Assembly (NCBI GenBank): GCA_013416795.1 | Contig: RQSC01000009.1 | Location: 99,146-163,145 of the forward strand | Origin: Prasinococcaceae sp. CCMP 1430 | Taxonomy: Eukaryota; Plantae; Prasinodermophyta | Direction of reading: 5' to 3' | DNA: 64,000 nt | Part shown: one piece after another, positions 42,865 to 54,009 of the stretch | How the letters are laid out: each line of letters starts with the position of its first letter | How positions within the stretch are numbered: the first letter of the stretch is position 1 | The notes under the pieces: model-generated | The model's database searches: none | What the model saw: only the letters and a program-made list of their open reading frames with translations | Told to the model about the DNA's origin: nothing | Program-made: the position numbers and the translations under genes

Positions 42865-44611
42865 NNNNNNNNNNNNNNNNNNNNNNNNNNNNNNNNNNNN
42901 NNNNNNNNNNNNNNNNNNNNNNNNNNNNNNNNNNNNNNNNNNNNNNNNNNNNNNNNNNNNNNNNNNNNNNNNNNNNNNNNNNNNNNNNNNNNNNNNNNNN
43001 NNNNNNNNNNNNNNNNNNNNNNNNNNNNNNNNNNNNNNNNNNNNNNNNNNNNNNNNNNNNNNNNNNNNNNNNNNNNNNNNNNNNNNNNNNNNNNNNNNNN
43101 NNNNNNNNNNNNNNNNNNNNNNNNNNNNNNNNNNNNNNNNNNNNNNNNNNNNNNNNNNNNNNNNNNNNNNNNNNNNNNNNNNNNNNNNNNNNNNNNNNNN
43201 NNNNNNNNNNNNNNNNNNNNNNNNNNNNNNNNNNNNNNNNNNNNNNNNNNNNNNNNNNNNNNNNNNNNNNNNNNNNNNNNNNNNNNNNNNNNNNNNNNNN
43301 NNNNNNNNNNNNNNNNNNNNNNNNNNNNNNNNNNNNNNNNNNNNNNNNNNNNNNNNNNNNNNNNNNNNNNNNNNNNNNNNNNNNNNGCTGCGGCAGGCAC
43401 ACCGCGCGCGCGCGCGCAGCACCTCGCTTGGCCGACGTCGCGCGCGGCGACGCCCGCAGGTCAAAGCGAACGCGGACGCGCGGCGCTGACTCAGCGCGCT
43501 TTTTTAGCGCGCCGAGGGGGCCCCGCCGCGCGGAGCAGGGACGCCGAGCGCAACGAGAAAGGCTTTTTTGACTGTGCGTATCAAATGCCATCGAAAAAAG
43601 GACGGGCGCGCTCCAGTACAAACAAACCTCTCTGCAGACAGTGTAAAAAGCTTTTTACTGTACAGTGCGGAAAGTCTCTATGAGTAGCCTGGGTAAAACT
43701 GGGCGCCCTGGCGAAGCGGCGCGCGCTGGAACGATTTTGAGGCGGGCGTAAATCCGCCTGGCGAGGCGAACGATTTTAAAGACGACCTCTGTACATACTG
43801 GAGTCTAGACTGCAGTACATCGGTGTACATCAAATGCCACGGAGAAAAACAGTCCCGAAGGCCGAACGCGGCCTGAAGTTTGGGCGTATTCTCGCCCAGG
43901 AGGGTCTGTACAGTACTTATCGTTCGCAGAGCGTTTTTTTATGGGTTTTTCGTTCTGGGTGTGGTTTTTGGTTTCGGGGGATGCGTTTGGGTTGGGGTGA
44001 CCTTTCTCGAAGGCGCGATGAATTCCAGAAAATCTGCCGCACCGCATGCGCAAGAAAAGGCGCGAGGCCCGCGGGTTCGTGCGGTGTCCCCCGCGAATCA
44101 TCCGGAATCGGCGCGAGATCCTCATGATAGCGTTTGGTTTTTTGTTTGCGGTTTGGATCCCAACCGGCCGGTGACGGACTTTTTGATCGGGGCGTCGCGC
44201 GCCGCTCGGTCTTCCTCCTGTAAACATGTCTCCCGTGGGTATGTACTTCGACCGCTTCGACGGGGTTCCTCCGCGATCGATGCGCTGCGGCGGGGCGCGC
44301 CTCCTCGATCCGATCGCCCATCCGACGCCCCGCGGCGGGGCACGCGTGGCGGCGGCATGGGCCGGCAATCCCAACCAATCCTGCCCGGGTTGGTCCCACC
44401 GCGGCCGCGTGGGGCGCGCGCGCGCCCCCACGTGTAATGCACGTGCGAATGGGGGCCCCCACGTGGATGCGTTTTCGCATTGATTTTGATGGCCCGTTGC
44501 ATCCATATCAAGACGCACTGGGAGGGCGCGCGTCCGGAGGACTCCGCAATTTGGGTTGCGTTCGCATTTCGTGATTGAGGATTTTTATCAGGGTTCAATA
44601 CGCAGAGTAGG

Positions 44612-44623
44612 AACCCTAAACCC
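44612..44623 (+). promoter_or_regulatory. Telo-box (AACCCTAAACCC) about 70 bp upstream of the SMC1 ATG
   Basis: Exact plant-type telomeric motif in an AT-richer island just 5' of the CDS. Function is inferred from plant telo-boxes. Confidence 0.5.
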
Positions 44624-44688
44624 CAATTATGAGGTCCGCTCGACCCGTCCGGACGCAGACCTCGAGGCGGCGGGCGGCGGCGGGCGCC

Positions 44689-47600
44689 ATGGCGGCCTCG
44701 GATGGGTTCGTGGAGCGCGGCCTGCTGCGCCTGGAGACGGAGAACTTCAAGTCCTACAAGGGCGTGCAGACGTTCGGGCCGTTCAAGGACTTCACGGCGG
44801 TGATCGGGCCGAACGGCGCGGGGAAGTCGAACCTGATGGACGCGATCTCATTCGTGCTGGGCGTGACCACGCGCGCGCTGCGCGGCTCGCAGCTGCGCGA
44901 CTTCGTGTACTCGCACGAGGAGGAGCCCGCCCCGCGCCGGTGCGCGGTGACGCTCGTGTTCCGCGGCGCCGACGGGGGCGAGATCGCGTTCTGTCGCACG
45001 GTGCACGCCGCGCAGGGCAACTCGGACTACCGCATCGACGGAAGGCCGACGACGTGGGAGGCGTACCAGGACGCGCTCAAGGAGCTCGGCGTGAACGTCA
45101 AGGCGCGCAACTTCCTGTGCTTCCAGGGCGACGTCGAGGCCATCGCCTCCAAGAGCCCCAAGGAGCTCACCGCGCTGATCGAGGAGGTCAGCGGCAGCGC
45201 CGAGCTGAGGAAGGACTACGAGGCGGCCGAGGCGGTGCGCAAGAAGGCCGAGGGCGCGCTGCAGCACGCCACGCAGAAGCGCAAGATGCTCACCTCTGAG
45301 AGGCGCCAGAAGAAGGACCAGAAGGAGGAGGCCGAGCGGCACATGCAGCGCGTGGAGGAGCTGCGCGAGCTCAAGGTGGAGAAGGCGCTCTTCCAGATGT
45401 TCCACGCCAACCGTGACATGGAGACGGAATCGGCCGAGCTCGAGAAGATCAATGAGAAGGTTGCCGAGGTGGCGCGCTCGCACCTGGTGACCGAGGGCGA
45501 GATCAAGGAGCGCAAGAGGGTGCACGCCAAGCACGTCAAGGAGAGCGTGATCGTCGAGAAGAAACTGGCCAAGAAGAAGGCCGACCTGGACACGCGCAGC
45601 CCAGCCGCGGTCAAGATGAAGGAGGAGATGAAGCGCGCGCAGCGCAAGGTGACCTCGGCGCAGAAGGACGTGGCCAAGGCCGCGGAGGCTGCCGAAAAGC
45701 ACAGCGCCGAGCTCGTGCGCCTCGAGGGCGAGCTCGAGGCCGTGACGGTGGCGAGCGAGGAGTTCGAGAAGAACGTCAAGGCCGGCTCAAAGGGCAAGGG
45801 CAAGGTGCGCATGGCTGCCGACCAGCTGGACGCGTACAACAAGAAGAAGGAGGAGGCCGGCTCGAAGACCTTCACGCTGGTGCAGGATCGCGACGTCGCC
45901 GAGCGCCAGCTGCGCGCCGACAAGGAGCGCCTGAGCGGCCTCCAGGCCAAGAGCGGCGAGGTGGCCGCGCGCGAGGCCTCGCTCGAGAAATTGGGCAGCG
46001 ACGGCAGGGAGCGCAAGGCCAAGCTGGAGACGGAGATTTCCAAGACGCGCGAAGAGCTCACCGATGCGAAGAAGGAGGAGAAAGCGCTCGCCGACAAGCA
46101 CCGCAAGGCGCGCTCGCAGAAGGCGGAGCTGCAGAAGGAGCTCGAGACAATTGAGGGCAAGCTCAAGGAGGCGCGCGCCGACCGCCGCGAGAACGAGCGC
46201 GACGCCAAGGTCGCGCAGGCGCTCGAGGACATGAAGCGCCTCATCCCCGGCGTGCACGGCCGCGTGATGGACCTGTGCCGCCCAAAGCAGCGCAAGTACA
46301 ATCTTGCAGTGACCGTTGCCATGGGCAAGAACATGGACGCCGTGGTGGTGGAGGATGAGCGCGCCGCCCGCGAGTGTATCCGCTACCTGAAGGAGCAGCG
46401 CGTGGCCGTCATGACTTTCCTGCCGCTGAGCTCCATCCGCAGCAAGCCTATCCGAGAGAGCCTGCGGCAGCTCGGTGGCTCCTCGCGCCTCATCGTTGAC
46501 GTCGTCGACTACGAGTCGCGCTTCGAGGCGGCGGTGGTGTACGCCTGCGGCAGCACGGTCGTCTGCGACACCACGGAAGAGGCCAAGGAGCTCACCTTCA
46601 ACGGCGAGGAGCGCATCAAGGTCGTCAGCTTGGACGGCACGCTCATCGCGCGCAGCGGTGTCATCACTGGTGGCATCACCCAGGGCATGCACGACAAGTC
46701 AGGGCGCTGGAATGACAAGGCCATGGGCGAGCTGAAGGAGCGCCGCGCCGCCAAGCTCTCTGCGCTGGTGGACCTCGGCACCGACCAGAGGGAGCAGGCG
46801 GCAGAGGAGGACGCGCGCCAGCGCGCGGCGGGTCTGGAGCGCAAGCTCGGCTACCTTGAGGTTGATCTCAAGGCCACCAACAACAAACTCGACAAGGTCA
46901 CCAAGGAGCTGAAGTCGCTCTCGGAGGAGCGCGCCCGCGTCGAGCCCGAGCTCGTGGCGGTGAAGCAGGCGGTCGAGAAAGGCAGCGCGGCGGTGGAGTC
47001 AATCACCAACAAGATCCGCGCCGTGGAAGACAAGGTCTTCGCCGCCTTCTCGAAGCAGGTTGGCGTGCGTTCCATACGCGAGTACGAGGAGACCCAGCTC
47101 AAGCGCGCGCAGGAGGAGGCCGAGCGCCGCGCGGCGCTCTCGAGCCAGCTCAACCGCCTGCGCGCGCAGCTCGAGTTTGAGAAGGGGCGCGGCGTCGAGA
47201 AGGGCGTGCCCAAGGCCGAGAAGGCGCTGCAGCAGGCCGAAAAGGCGCTGGAACGCCTCAAGGGGGAGCAGGCCAAGGCCAACGAGGCGCTGGAGGCCTC
47301 ACGCTCGGAGCTGGACGAGCTCTCGCGCACGATGGCCGATGCGCGCGCCGCGGCTGACGAGATCGACGTCGAGGTCAAGGAGCTCGCCAAGGTTGGCGCC
47401 GAGCAACACAAGAAGGGCACCGCACTCAAGAAGGAGGCCACGAAGCGCGAGGCGGCGATGGAGAAGGCGCGCAATCAGCTGCTCGACCTTTGGCGAGCTG
47501 CGCGCGTTGAGCAGCTGAAGCTCCCGCTCACGAACGCTGCTGGTTCGGAACGCCAGCAGGGGGATGAGCCCATGGAGATCGACGGCGATGACGGCGAGGG

Positions 47601-48399
47601 CGAGGACGACGACACTGTGCCTGCGCTGGACTTCGACTCGCTGGAGAGGCGCCTCACCAAAGCGCTCAGCGCGAAGGAGATCGGGCGCATCGCGGACGAG
47701 TTCGCCGAGAGCATCGACACGTTGGAGCGCGACGTGGAGGCGAGCGCACCCAATCTCAAGGCCCTGGACCAGTACGCCGGCCTCAAGGACAAAGAAAAGA
47801 CTGCGGTCGACGAATTCGAAGCGGCGCGCCTCGAGCTCAGCGCCGCAGGCGCCACCTTCGAAAAGATCCGCCAGCAGCGCTACGACCTCTTCATGGCGGC
47901 GTTCTCGCACGTGAGCGGCCATATCGATGCGATCTACAAGCTGCTGACGACGGGTCCAAACATGCCCGCCGGTGGCACGGCCTACCTGAGCCTGGAGGCT
48001 CAGGACGACCCCTTTCTCGCGGGCATCAAGTACACCGCCATGCCTCCCACCAAGCGCTTCCGCGACATGGAGCAGCTCAGCGGCGGCGAGAAGACCGTGG
48101 CGGCGCTGGCGCTCCTGTTTTCAATCCACTCCTTCAAGCCCGCGCCATTTTTCGTGCTGGACGAGGTCGATGCGGCGCTGGACAATGCCAACGTGGCGCG
48201 CGTGGCGCGCTTCCTTCGCGAGAAGGCATCGGAGAAGCGTGGCGGTGACGACAGCGACGATGCGGGTTTCCAGAGCGTGGTCATCTCCCTCAAGGACGCA
48301 TTCTACGAGCACGCGCATGGGCTGGTCGGCGTGTACCGCGACGCAGAGAAGAGGTCCAGCAGCACGCTCACGTTCGACCTCACGACGCTCGTGGCGTGA
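44689..48399 (+). CDS. SMC1: Cohesin subunit SMC1
   Basis: ENFKSYKG...[20 protein letters not shown] Walker A, hinge region [10 protein letters not shown]...[12 protein letters not shown], and [18 protein letters not shown]...[15 protein letters not shown]. Confidence 0.97.
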   Translation: MAASDGFVERGLLRLETENFKSYKGVQTFGPFKDFTAVIGPNGAGKSNLMDAISFVLGVTTRALRGSQLRDFVYSHEEEPAPRRCAVTLVFRGADGGEIAFCRTVHAAQGNSDYRIDGRPTTWEAYQDALKELGVNVKARNFLCFQGDVEAIASKSPKELTALIEEVSGSAELRKDYEAAEAVRKKAEGALQHATQKRKMLTSERRQKKDQKEEAERHMQRVEELRELKVEKALFQMFHANRDMETESAELEKINEKVAEVARSHLVTEGEIKERKRVHAKHVKESVIVEKKLAKKKADLDTRSPAAVKMKEEMKRAQRKVTSAQKDVAKAAEAAEKHSAELVRLEGELEAVTVASEEFEKNVKAGSKGKGKVRMAADQLDAYNKKKEEAGSKTFTLVQDRDVAERQLRADKERLSGLQAKSGEVAAREASLEKLGSDGRERKAKLETEISKTREELTDAKKEEKALADKHRKARSQKAELQKELETIEGKLKEARADRRENERDAKVAQALEDMKRLIPGVHGRVMDLCRPKQRKYNLAVTVAMGKNMDAVVVEDERAARECIRYLKEQRVAVMTFLPLSSIRSKPIRESLRQLGGSSRLIVDVVDYESRFEAAVVYACGSTVVCDTTEEAKELTFNGEERIKVVSLDGTLIARSGVITGGITQGMHDKSGRWNDKAMGELKERRAAKLSALVDLGTDQREQAAEEDARQRAAGLERKLGYLEVDLKATNNKLDKVTKELKSLSEERARVEPELVAVKQAVEKGSAAVESITNKIRAVEDKVFAAFSKQVGVRSIREYEETQLKRAQEEAERRAALSSQLNRLRAQLEFEKGRGVEKGVPKAEKALQQAEKALERLKGEQAKANEALEASRSELDELSRTMADARAAADEIDVEVKELAKVGAEQHKKGTALKKEATKREAAMEKARNQLLDLWRAARVEQLKLPLTNAAGSERQQGDEPMEIDGDDGEGEDDDTVPALDFDSLERRLTKALSAKEIGRIADEFAESIDTLERDVEASAPNLKALDQYAGLKDKEKTAVDEFEAARLELSAAGATFEKIRQQRYDLFMAAFSHVSGHIDAIYKLLTTGPNMPAGGTAYLSLEAQDDPFLAGIKYTAMPPTKRFRDMEQLSGGEKTVAALALLFSIHSFKPAPFFVLDEVDAALDNANVARVARFLREKASEKRGGDDSDDAGFQSVVISLKDAFYEHAHGLVGVYRDAEKRSSSTLTFDLTTLVA

Positions 48400-48610
48400 G
48401 CGCGGCTGTCTGCGACCGGGCGCAGCGGTGGCGGGCAATTAGAGGTCGCGCGCGCGACGGATGCCATCTCATGAGTGCGCGTTGGCGCCACTGCATATTA
48501 CATACATACACCCGCTCTCTTGTCAGCCCGCGCAGTCTCAGCGCGCGCGCGGGCGCTCAGAACGCGCCGGTAGCCCCTGCGCGCTCCCCAACCCCCTTCA
48601 CCAGCGCGCC

Positions 48611-49300
48611 TCACCACCCCTCGGCGGGCAGCGAGTAGTCGCGCTCGTGCATGCTCAGCACGAAGAGGTTTCCCTTGTCCCCTCTGCAGACGCGCAAGTC
48701 ATCGTCGAGGTAGGTGATCTATCCAGGCGCGCACGCCGATCATGTCAGCGCACACGTCCACAGCGCAGCTCGCGGCGCTCGCGCGATTGGAGCGCCGGCC
48801 GGGCGGGGGCTCCACGCACCTTGAGCCAGCCACGCGCGCGCTCGGGGGCCTTGACCTTCAGGAAGCCCGCCAAGCGGAACGTGTCGAACTGCACATCGAC
48901 GATGTCATCCGCGCCGCGTGGCGTGAGCTTCGCTCGCACTGCGTTGAAGAGCGGAGCCCCCTCGAGGTTCTCCGCGCGCAGGCTGCCCGCATCGAGCGCC
49001 TGCAGGATTTTGCCCCACGGCCGCAGCCACTTTGGCTTGGAGGTGCCCAGGATGGACGCCGAGGTGGTGTAGAGCAGCTCCCACTGGCCGTTGAGGCGCG
49101 CCGAGCTCAGCGGGTCGTCCGTAGGGTTGAGCGCCTCGAGCGCAGCAGCGAGCGCGTCGACGTTTGCAGCCTGCTCCTCGCTCGCCGCGGCGCCGCGGTC
49201 GATGCCCTCGAGGGACTTGAGCAGCTCCTCCTTCGCCTGCAGCGCCGCCGCAGACGGCGCGGGGCCGAGCGCGCGCGCGCGCGCGCGCGCAGGCCGACGG
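48611..49300 (-). CDS. PAP/fibrillin family protein (intron 48819-48719; start unclear)
   Basis: AKEELLKSLEGIDRG...LEALNPT...LNGQWELLYTTS...RGWLK|ITYLDDDLRVCRGDKGNLFVL. Confidence 0.88.
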
Positions 49301-49648
49301 GGACTGGGCCGACGCCTCAAGCGCCGCCACGTACTCGAGCAGCGCCCGCAGCGCGCTATGTGGCGCCACGGCGCGACGCCGCGCTCACACGTCACCCCGA
49401 AATGCACCACTTTTACCCACGGGAGACTCAAAAGTGTCATATCACATTGCATTCAAATGGCAAATGCTGCGCTGCGAGGTCAGGTGCGCAGGCCGATGGT
49501 GCGGCGCCACGCTGCATGCAGCGGGGTGCCAGGGAGGAGTGGTGGGCTGGGGGGTTGGGTACTGGCCACACCGCTCGCGTCGTTGCGCCGCGCCGCCCCT
49601 GCCTGCCCACCCCGCACCGCGCGCGCTACGCTGCGCGCGGGGCGCGGC

Positions 49649-51035
49649 ATGGCGCCGGCGGACGCGCCGCGCGGCCGTGGTCGTCGGATCGGGCTTCGTC
49701 GGGCTGTCGAGCGCGCTCGCGCTGCAGCGCACCGGGCGCTTCGCGAGCGTCACGCTGCTCGAGCGCGCGGCGGGCGGCGCGGGGAGCGGCGCGTCGGCGT
49801 CGGCGGGCAACGCAGGGACCTTCGCTGCCTACGCTAACATCCCCGTCGCGCGTCCCGGGCTGTGGAAGGACGCGCTGCCCATGCTGCTGGACAACACCAA
49901 GCCGCTGTCGCTCGCGGCGACTCCCCACCTGCTTCGCATGCTGCCGTGGGCAGCGCGCTTCCTGCGCGCCTGCCGACCCGATGCCGTGCGCCACTCGGCG
50001 CTTGCGCTCGGCGCACTGCTGCGCGAGGCGCAGGCGGCGTATGATGCCATTTTTGAGCAGGCGGGCGTCGACGTGGACGCACCCATGGGAGCGGCGTACG
50101 CGCCCAACCCGGAATCGGTGGAGCTGCCCTTCGCCGCCCGAAACGGCTACATGATCTTGCAACGCACGCCCGAGGCGATGGAGGGCAGCAAGGCCAGCGC
50201 TGCGCTGCGACGCGAAGGCCTCGGTCCCTCGCTGCGCATGGAGGCGCTGGACACGGCGGGCGTCAAGGACCTCGAGCCTGGCGTGAGCGAGCGAGCGTGC
50301 GGAGGTGGCGCGTGGTACTTCCCGGACGGCTGGTTCCTGCGCGACCCGGCGGCGCTCTGCCGCGCGCTGGCCGATGGTTTTGAGGCCGGTGGGGGGGAGA
50401 TCGTCTCCGGCGCGAAGGGTGACGTCGTGTCGCTTGTCCCGGGTGCGGGCGGGGCGCGCGTGAGCGTTCGAACGGCCGGCGGCGCCGCACACGAGGCCGA
50501 CGTGTGCGTGATTGCAGCGGGAGCGCACTCTGCCGCGCTGTCACGCTCGCTGGGCGAGCGGATACCCCTGGACACCGAGCGCGGCTATCACGTTGAGTGG
50601 GCGCAGGGCAGCGAGGCGACGCTCACGCGCCCGGTGTGCTCAGTCGACGGGGGCTTCATCGCGACGCCGATGGCCAACGGGATGCGCGCGGCGGGGTTGG
50701 TCGAGTTTGGCGGCACGCGCGCGCCTCCCGTGCGCGCGCGCTTCGATCAGCTCGAACGCGCCACGCGCGAGCTGCTCGTGGACGATAGCGCGCGTGGCCT
50801 TGGCACGCGAGAGGCCGGGCGCGACTGGCTAGGCTTCCGGCCGACGCTACCGGACGCACTGCCCGTCATTGGGCGCGCACGCAGTTGCGAGGCGGTCATA
50901 TACGCCTTCGGCGCGCAGCACATCGGCTGGACGTGCGGCGGCATCACGGCCAAATTGGTCACAGAGCTTGCGCTGGGCGAAGAGCCTTCGGTCGACCTGG
51001 CACCCTACAGCGCCTCGCGATTCAGACTGTGGTGA
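49649..51035 (+). CDS. FAD-dependent D-amino acid dehydrogenase/oxidase (DadA-like); start uncertain
   Basis: VVVGSGFVGLSSALAL Rossmann motif, ASAGNAG, IAAGAHS, ERGYHV, WLGFRPTLPDALPVIG and AFGAQHIGWT. The nearby ATG at 49649 is out of frame with the ORF. Confidence 0.8.
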
Positions 51036-51279
51036 GGCGCACCCTCCTCACCGGCGCGCCAGCCAGTGTGAACGTGAGCGGTCGGTATTAATGATATAAT
51101 GACATTGTGTGGTTTTGGCAAAGTGCGCAGGGCACGCGGCCGCGCGCGAGCTCAGCAGCGCAGGGCCGCACCGCCGCGGACGGCGAGCTCTCACACGCAG
51201 CGCGCGCGAGGGGGATTGGGCGTGCTCGTACTCATACATGGTAGACTACACGGCGACACGTCAGACCGACGATCAGAGC

Positions 51280-52636
51280 TCACCCACTGGCCTCCTCGGA
51301 CGCATCCTCCTCCTTGTTCGGATCGACGCCAGCCGATTTGAGCGCCTTTTCTACCGTGGGAGCGAGTGCGATGGCTGCACCCAGGCGCAGAGGCACCAGC
51401 AAGCGCACGCCATTAATGAAGACGGCTCCAGCGCCCAGCAGCCGTGCCTTGTCAGCCGGATCGCTGAGGTCGAGCCAGGTGCCGTCGGCCACTTTGTACC
51501 ACGAGAGCGCCAACGGGAACGCAATCGCCCAGAATCCCAGCTCAACGAGCACGTACGAAAGCGTGCCCGCGAGGCCAAAGCTCTTCACGTTCGCCATGGA
51601 CAGGGTTGGTGCACCCTCGGTCTTGCTCGTAATTCCGTAGGTGATCAGGGCACTCGAGAGCGCCACCAGGCCCAGGGCAGCGGGATACGAGGGGTTGAAG
51701 GGCGCATCGCCCGCGAGCAGCTCGCCGTACTTCACCAATGCGGCGCCGCCGGCAGACCAAAGCGCAAGCTTGAATATGAAGCCATCCTCGTCAAACGGCT
51801 TTGGCTCGGATGCCGCAGGTGCTTCGGCTGCGTCGCCGATGCGCTTGCCCTCGTTCCACACGCGGTAGGCCGCGTAGGCGCAGGCCGTGTTACCCGAGAG
51901 CGTGAGCAGGGCCTGGAGTGGCACCAGCGCACCGATCTCCGGCGGGTTGTAAAAGACGTGGAAGGTGCAGGCCGTGAAGCCCGAGGCGAGAAAGGGCGAC
52001 ATGGCCCAGGTGAGGCCCTTCCAGGCCTTGTTGCCCGAGTGGTCGCCGTACGCCCACACAAGCGACATAGCGGTCGCCCACTCGGTCACGCTGCTGACAT
52101 GCACCACCCAGGTGGGGAGGCTGAGCGCATTGGCCGGCTCGTCGTGCAGCGCACCCGCGAGTAGCGCCGGCGCGGCGACGGCGGCGACGGCGCAACCTGC
52201 AAGCGAGACGCCCACCAGCTTGCCCACTCCCACGATCGGTACGTCCCCGTCCGACTCCTCCCCTCTCGGCAAGGCCAAAGCGCGAGCGAAGCCCAGCGCG
52301 AAGAGGAGGTTCGAGAGGGTCAGAAGTGCCTCGCTCGAGCCATGGAGTACGTCAACGTTCGCGAGGATGTCGCCGAACCGCGCCTTCGCGACGATTCCCG
52401 CCGGGATGGTGGCGAAGACGAACAGCAGCAGGAATCGCGCGCCGAAGTTGGACAGCGGCGGCGTCTTGGTCTCGGGGCGCGAGAGGAAGTACAGGTAGCC
52501 CAGGTACGGCGCGAGCCCTGCCTGGAACAGTTTCGTCTCCACCCCTGCGAGCGCGGCGGGCAGGCCGTTGGCGCCAACGCTCCACGCGTCGGTCGCGAGG
52601 GCGGCCACCTCCTGCGGCGAGGCCTTCCCAGCACCG
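51280..52636 (-). CDS. Plastid membrane protein with DUF3593 and DUF2499 (Ycf49-like) domains plus an extra C-terminal membrane domain; 5' end missing
   Basis: LFQAGLAPYLGYLYFL...FLLLFVFATIPAGI...NVDVLHGSSEALLTLSN (DUF3593-like) and ALSLPTWVVHVSSVTEWA...WKGLTWAM...TFHVFYN...LQALLT (DUF2499-like). Confidence 0.8.
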
Positions 52637-52972
52637 CCCCCCCCCGTCGAGTCGACAGCCAGCATCACATCTCGCGCCAGGTGCTCTTTTCGCACGATGT
52701 CGTCCCCGTTGATTGCGGGTGCGCCACCTTCGTCCACGTTGAACGCGGCGAATTCGCCGAGACTTAGCGTAGCCACCACGCCGTCGGCCGCTACGAGGCG
52801 CACAGTGAGGTTCTGATATCGCACTGTGGCATTGCGAAAGATGCGCGAAACCAGCGATATGAGCCATCCCTTTGGTCGCTGCTTCTGCTGCTTCTCCTGT
52901 TGCTGCTCCTCGCCGGTGGCATCATGAGGGGCAGCGTCCACATCTTCGGAAGGAATGTGAGGGCTCTGAGCC
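52637..52972 (-). pseudogene. Isolated fragment of a VPS13/chorein-N-like lipid transfer protein
   Basis: GWLISLVSRIFRNATVRYQNLTVRLVAADGVVATLSLGEFAAFNVD...VRKEHLARDVMLAVD resembles the VPS13(B) N-terminal region. Bounded by a C-run and a single N. Confidence 0.5.
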
Positions 52973-52973
52973 N

Positions 52974-53658
52974 GCAGGGGGGGCCACGGGCGGCGCCCAC
53001 CGCGCAGGCCGCTGGCGTGGGGAACGCGACGGCGCCCGTGAACGGCAACGGCGGCGCGCCGGCGCGTGATAACGGCGTGTTTCTGTTGCTGGTGCTTAAC
53101 ATGGGCGTCTACATCGCCGATCACGTCCTCAAGTTGCCTGTCGGGGAGAGCATGTACCTGTGGCACGCGCACCCCCAACCGTGGCAATGGGTGACGAGCC
53201 TCTTCGCACACGGCTCGTGGGGTCACCTGAGCGGCAATATGTTCTTCCTCTACGTCTTTGGGCGCATCCTCGAGGAGCAGGAGGGCTCGTGGGCGTTGGT
53301 CTTCACCTACCTGCTTTGTGGCGTGTGCGCAAACGTCGCGAGTGTGCTCCTCCTCGGCCACGGCGCAGGCGGCGCGACGATGGTCTCGCTGGGCGCCTCG
53401 GGCGCCGTCTTCGGCCTCTTCACCGTCGCCACCCTCGCCAAGATCAGCTTCAATTGGAAGCGCCTGCTCGAGTCCGTCATCCTCGGCAACTTCGTCGTCG
53501 AACGGCTGTGGCAGGAGGGCGCCATGCAGCTCGGGGGCGGCGCCATGGCGGGGGGCGCCATGGTCAACCACATCGCACACATCGCCGGCGCGCTCGCCGG
53601 CGTCATGCTCATCATGCTGCTCAACTCGCTGCCCAAGGACGACGGCAGCGCCGCGTGA
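52974..53658 (+). CDS. Rhomboid-family intramembrane protease (plastid RBL-like), 5' end lost at a single N
   Basis: PWQWVTSLFAHGSWGHLSGNMFFLYVFG, catalytic GASG, and HIAHIAGALAG. Confidence 0.9.
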
Positions 53659-54009
53659 GGTGGAATCCCTAATAAGGATACGTAGTAGTACTACTGTAGT
53701 GTCACCAGACTGCAGTGAGACGCGTACGTACAGTCTAGTAAGGGTTTTGTTATTGGGGTTTACTAGTAGGGTTCGTATGCTCCGACGCGACGCAGCAACG
53801 GCGAGGTCAAAATGCACGCGCAGTTCGGAGGTCGAAACGCACGCGGGCGCGCGAGAAATTCGAAAACGGCGCTCCTCGCGCTGGCGCGCGCGTGGGTGGG
53901 TCCGGTGGGGGTGGGTGGGTGGGTGGGGGGCGGGGGCGCCACACTGCTGCTGCCGCTGCGCAGCATGCCGACCGCGCGGGCTGACGCGCGGCCCGCGCGC
54001 GGCGCGAGC

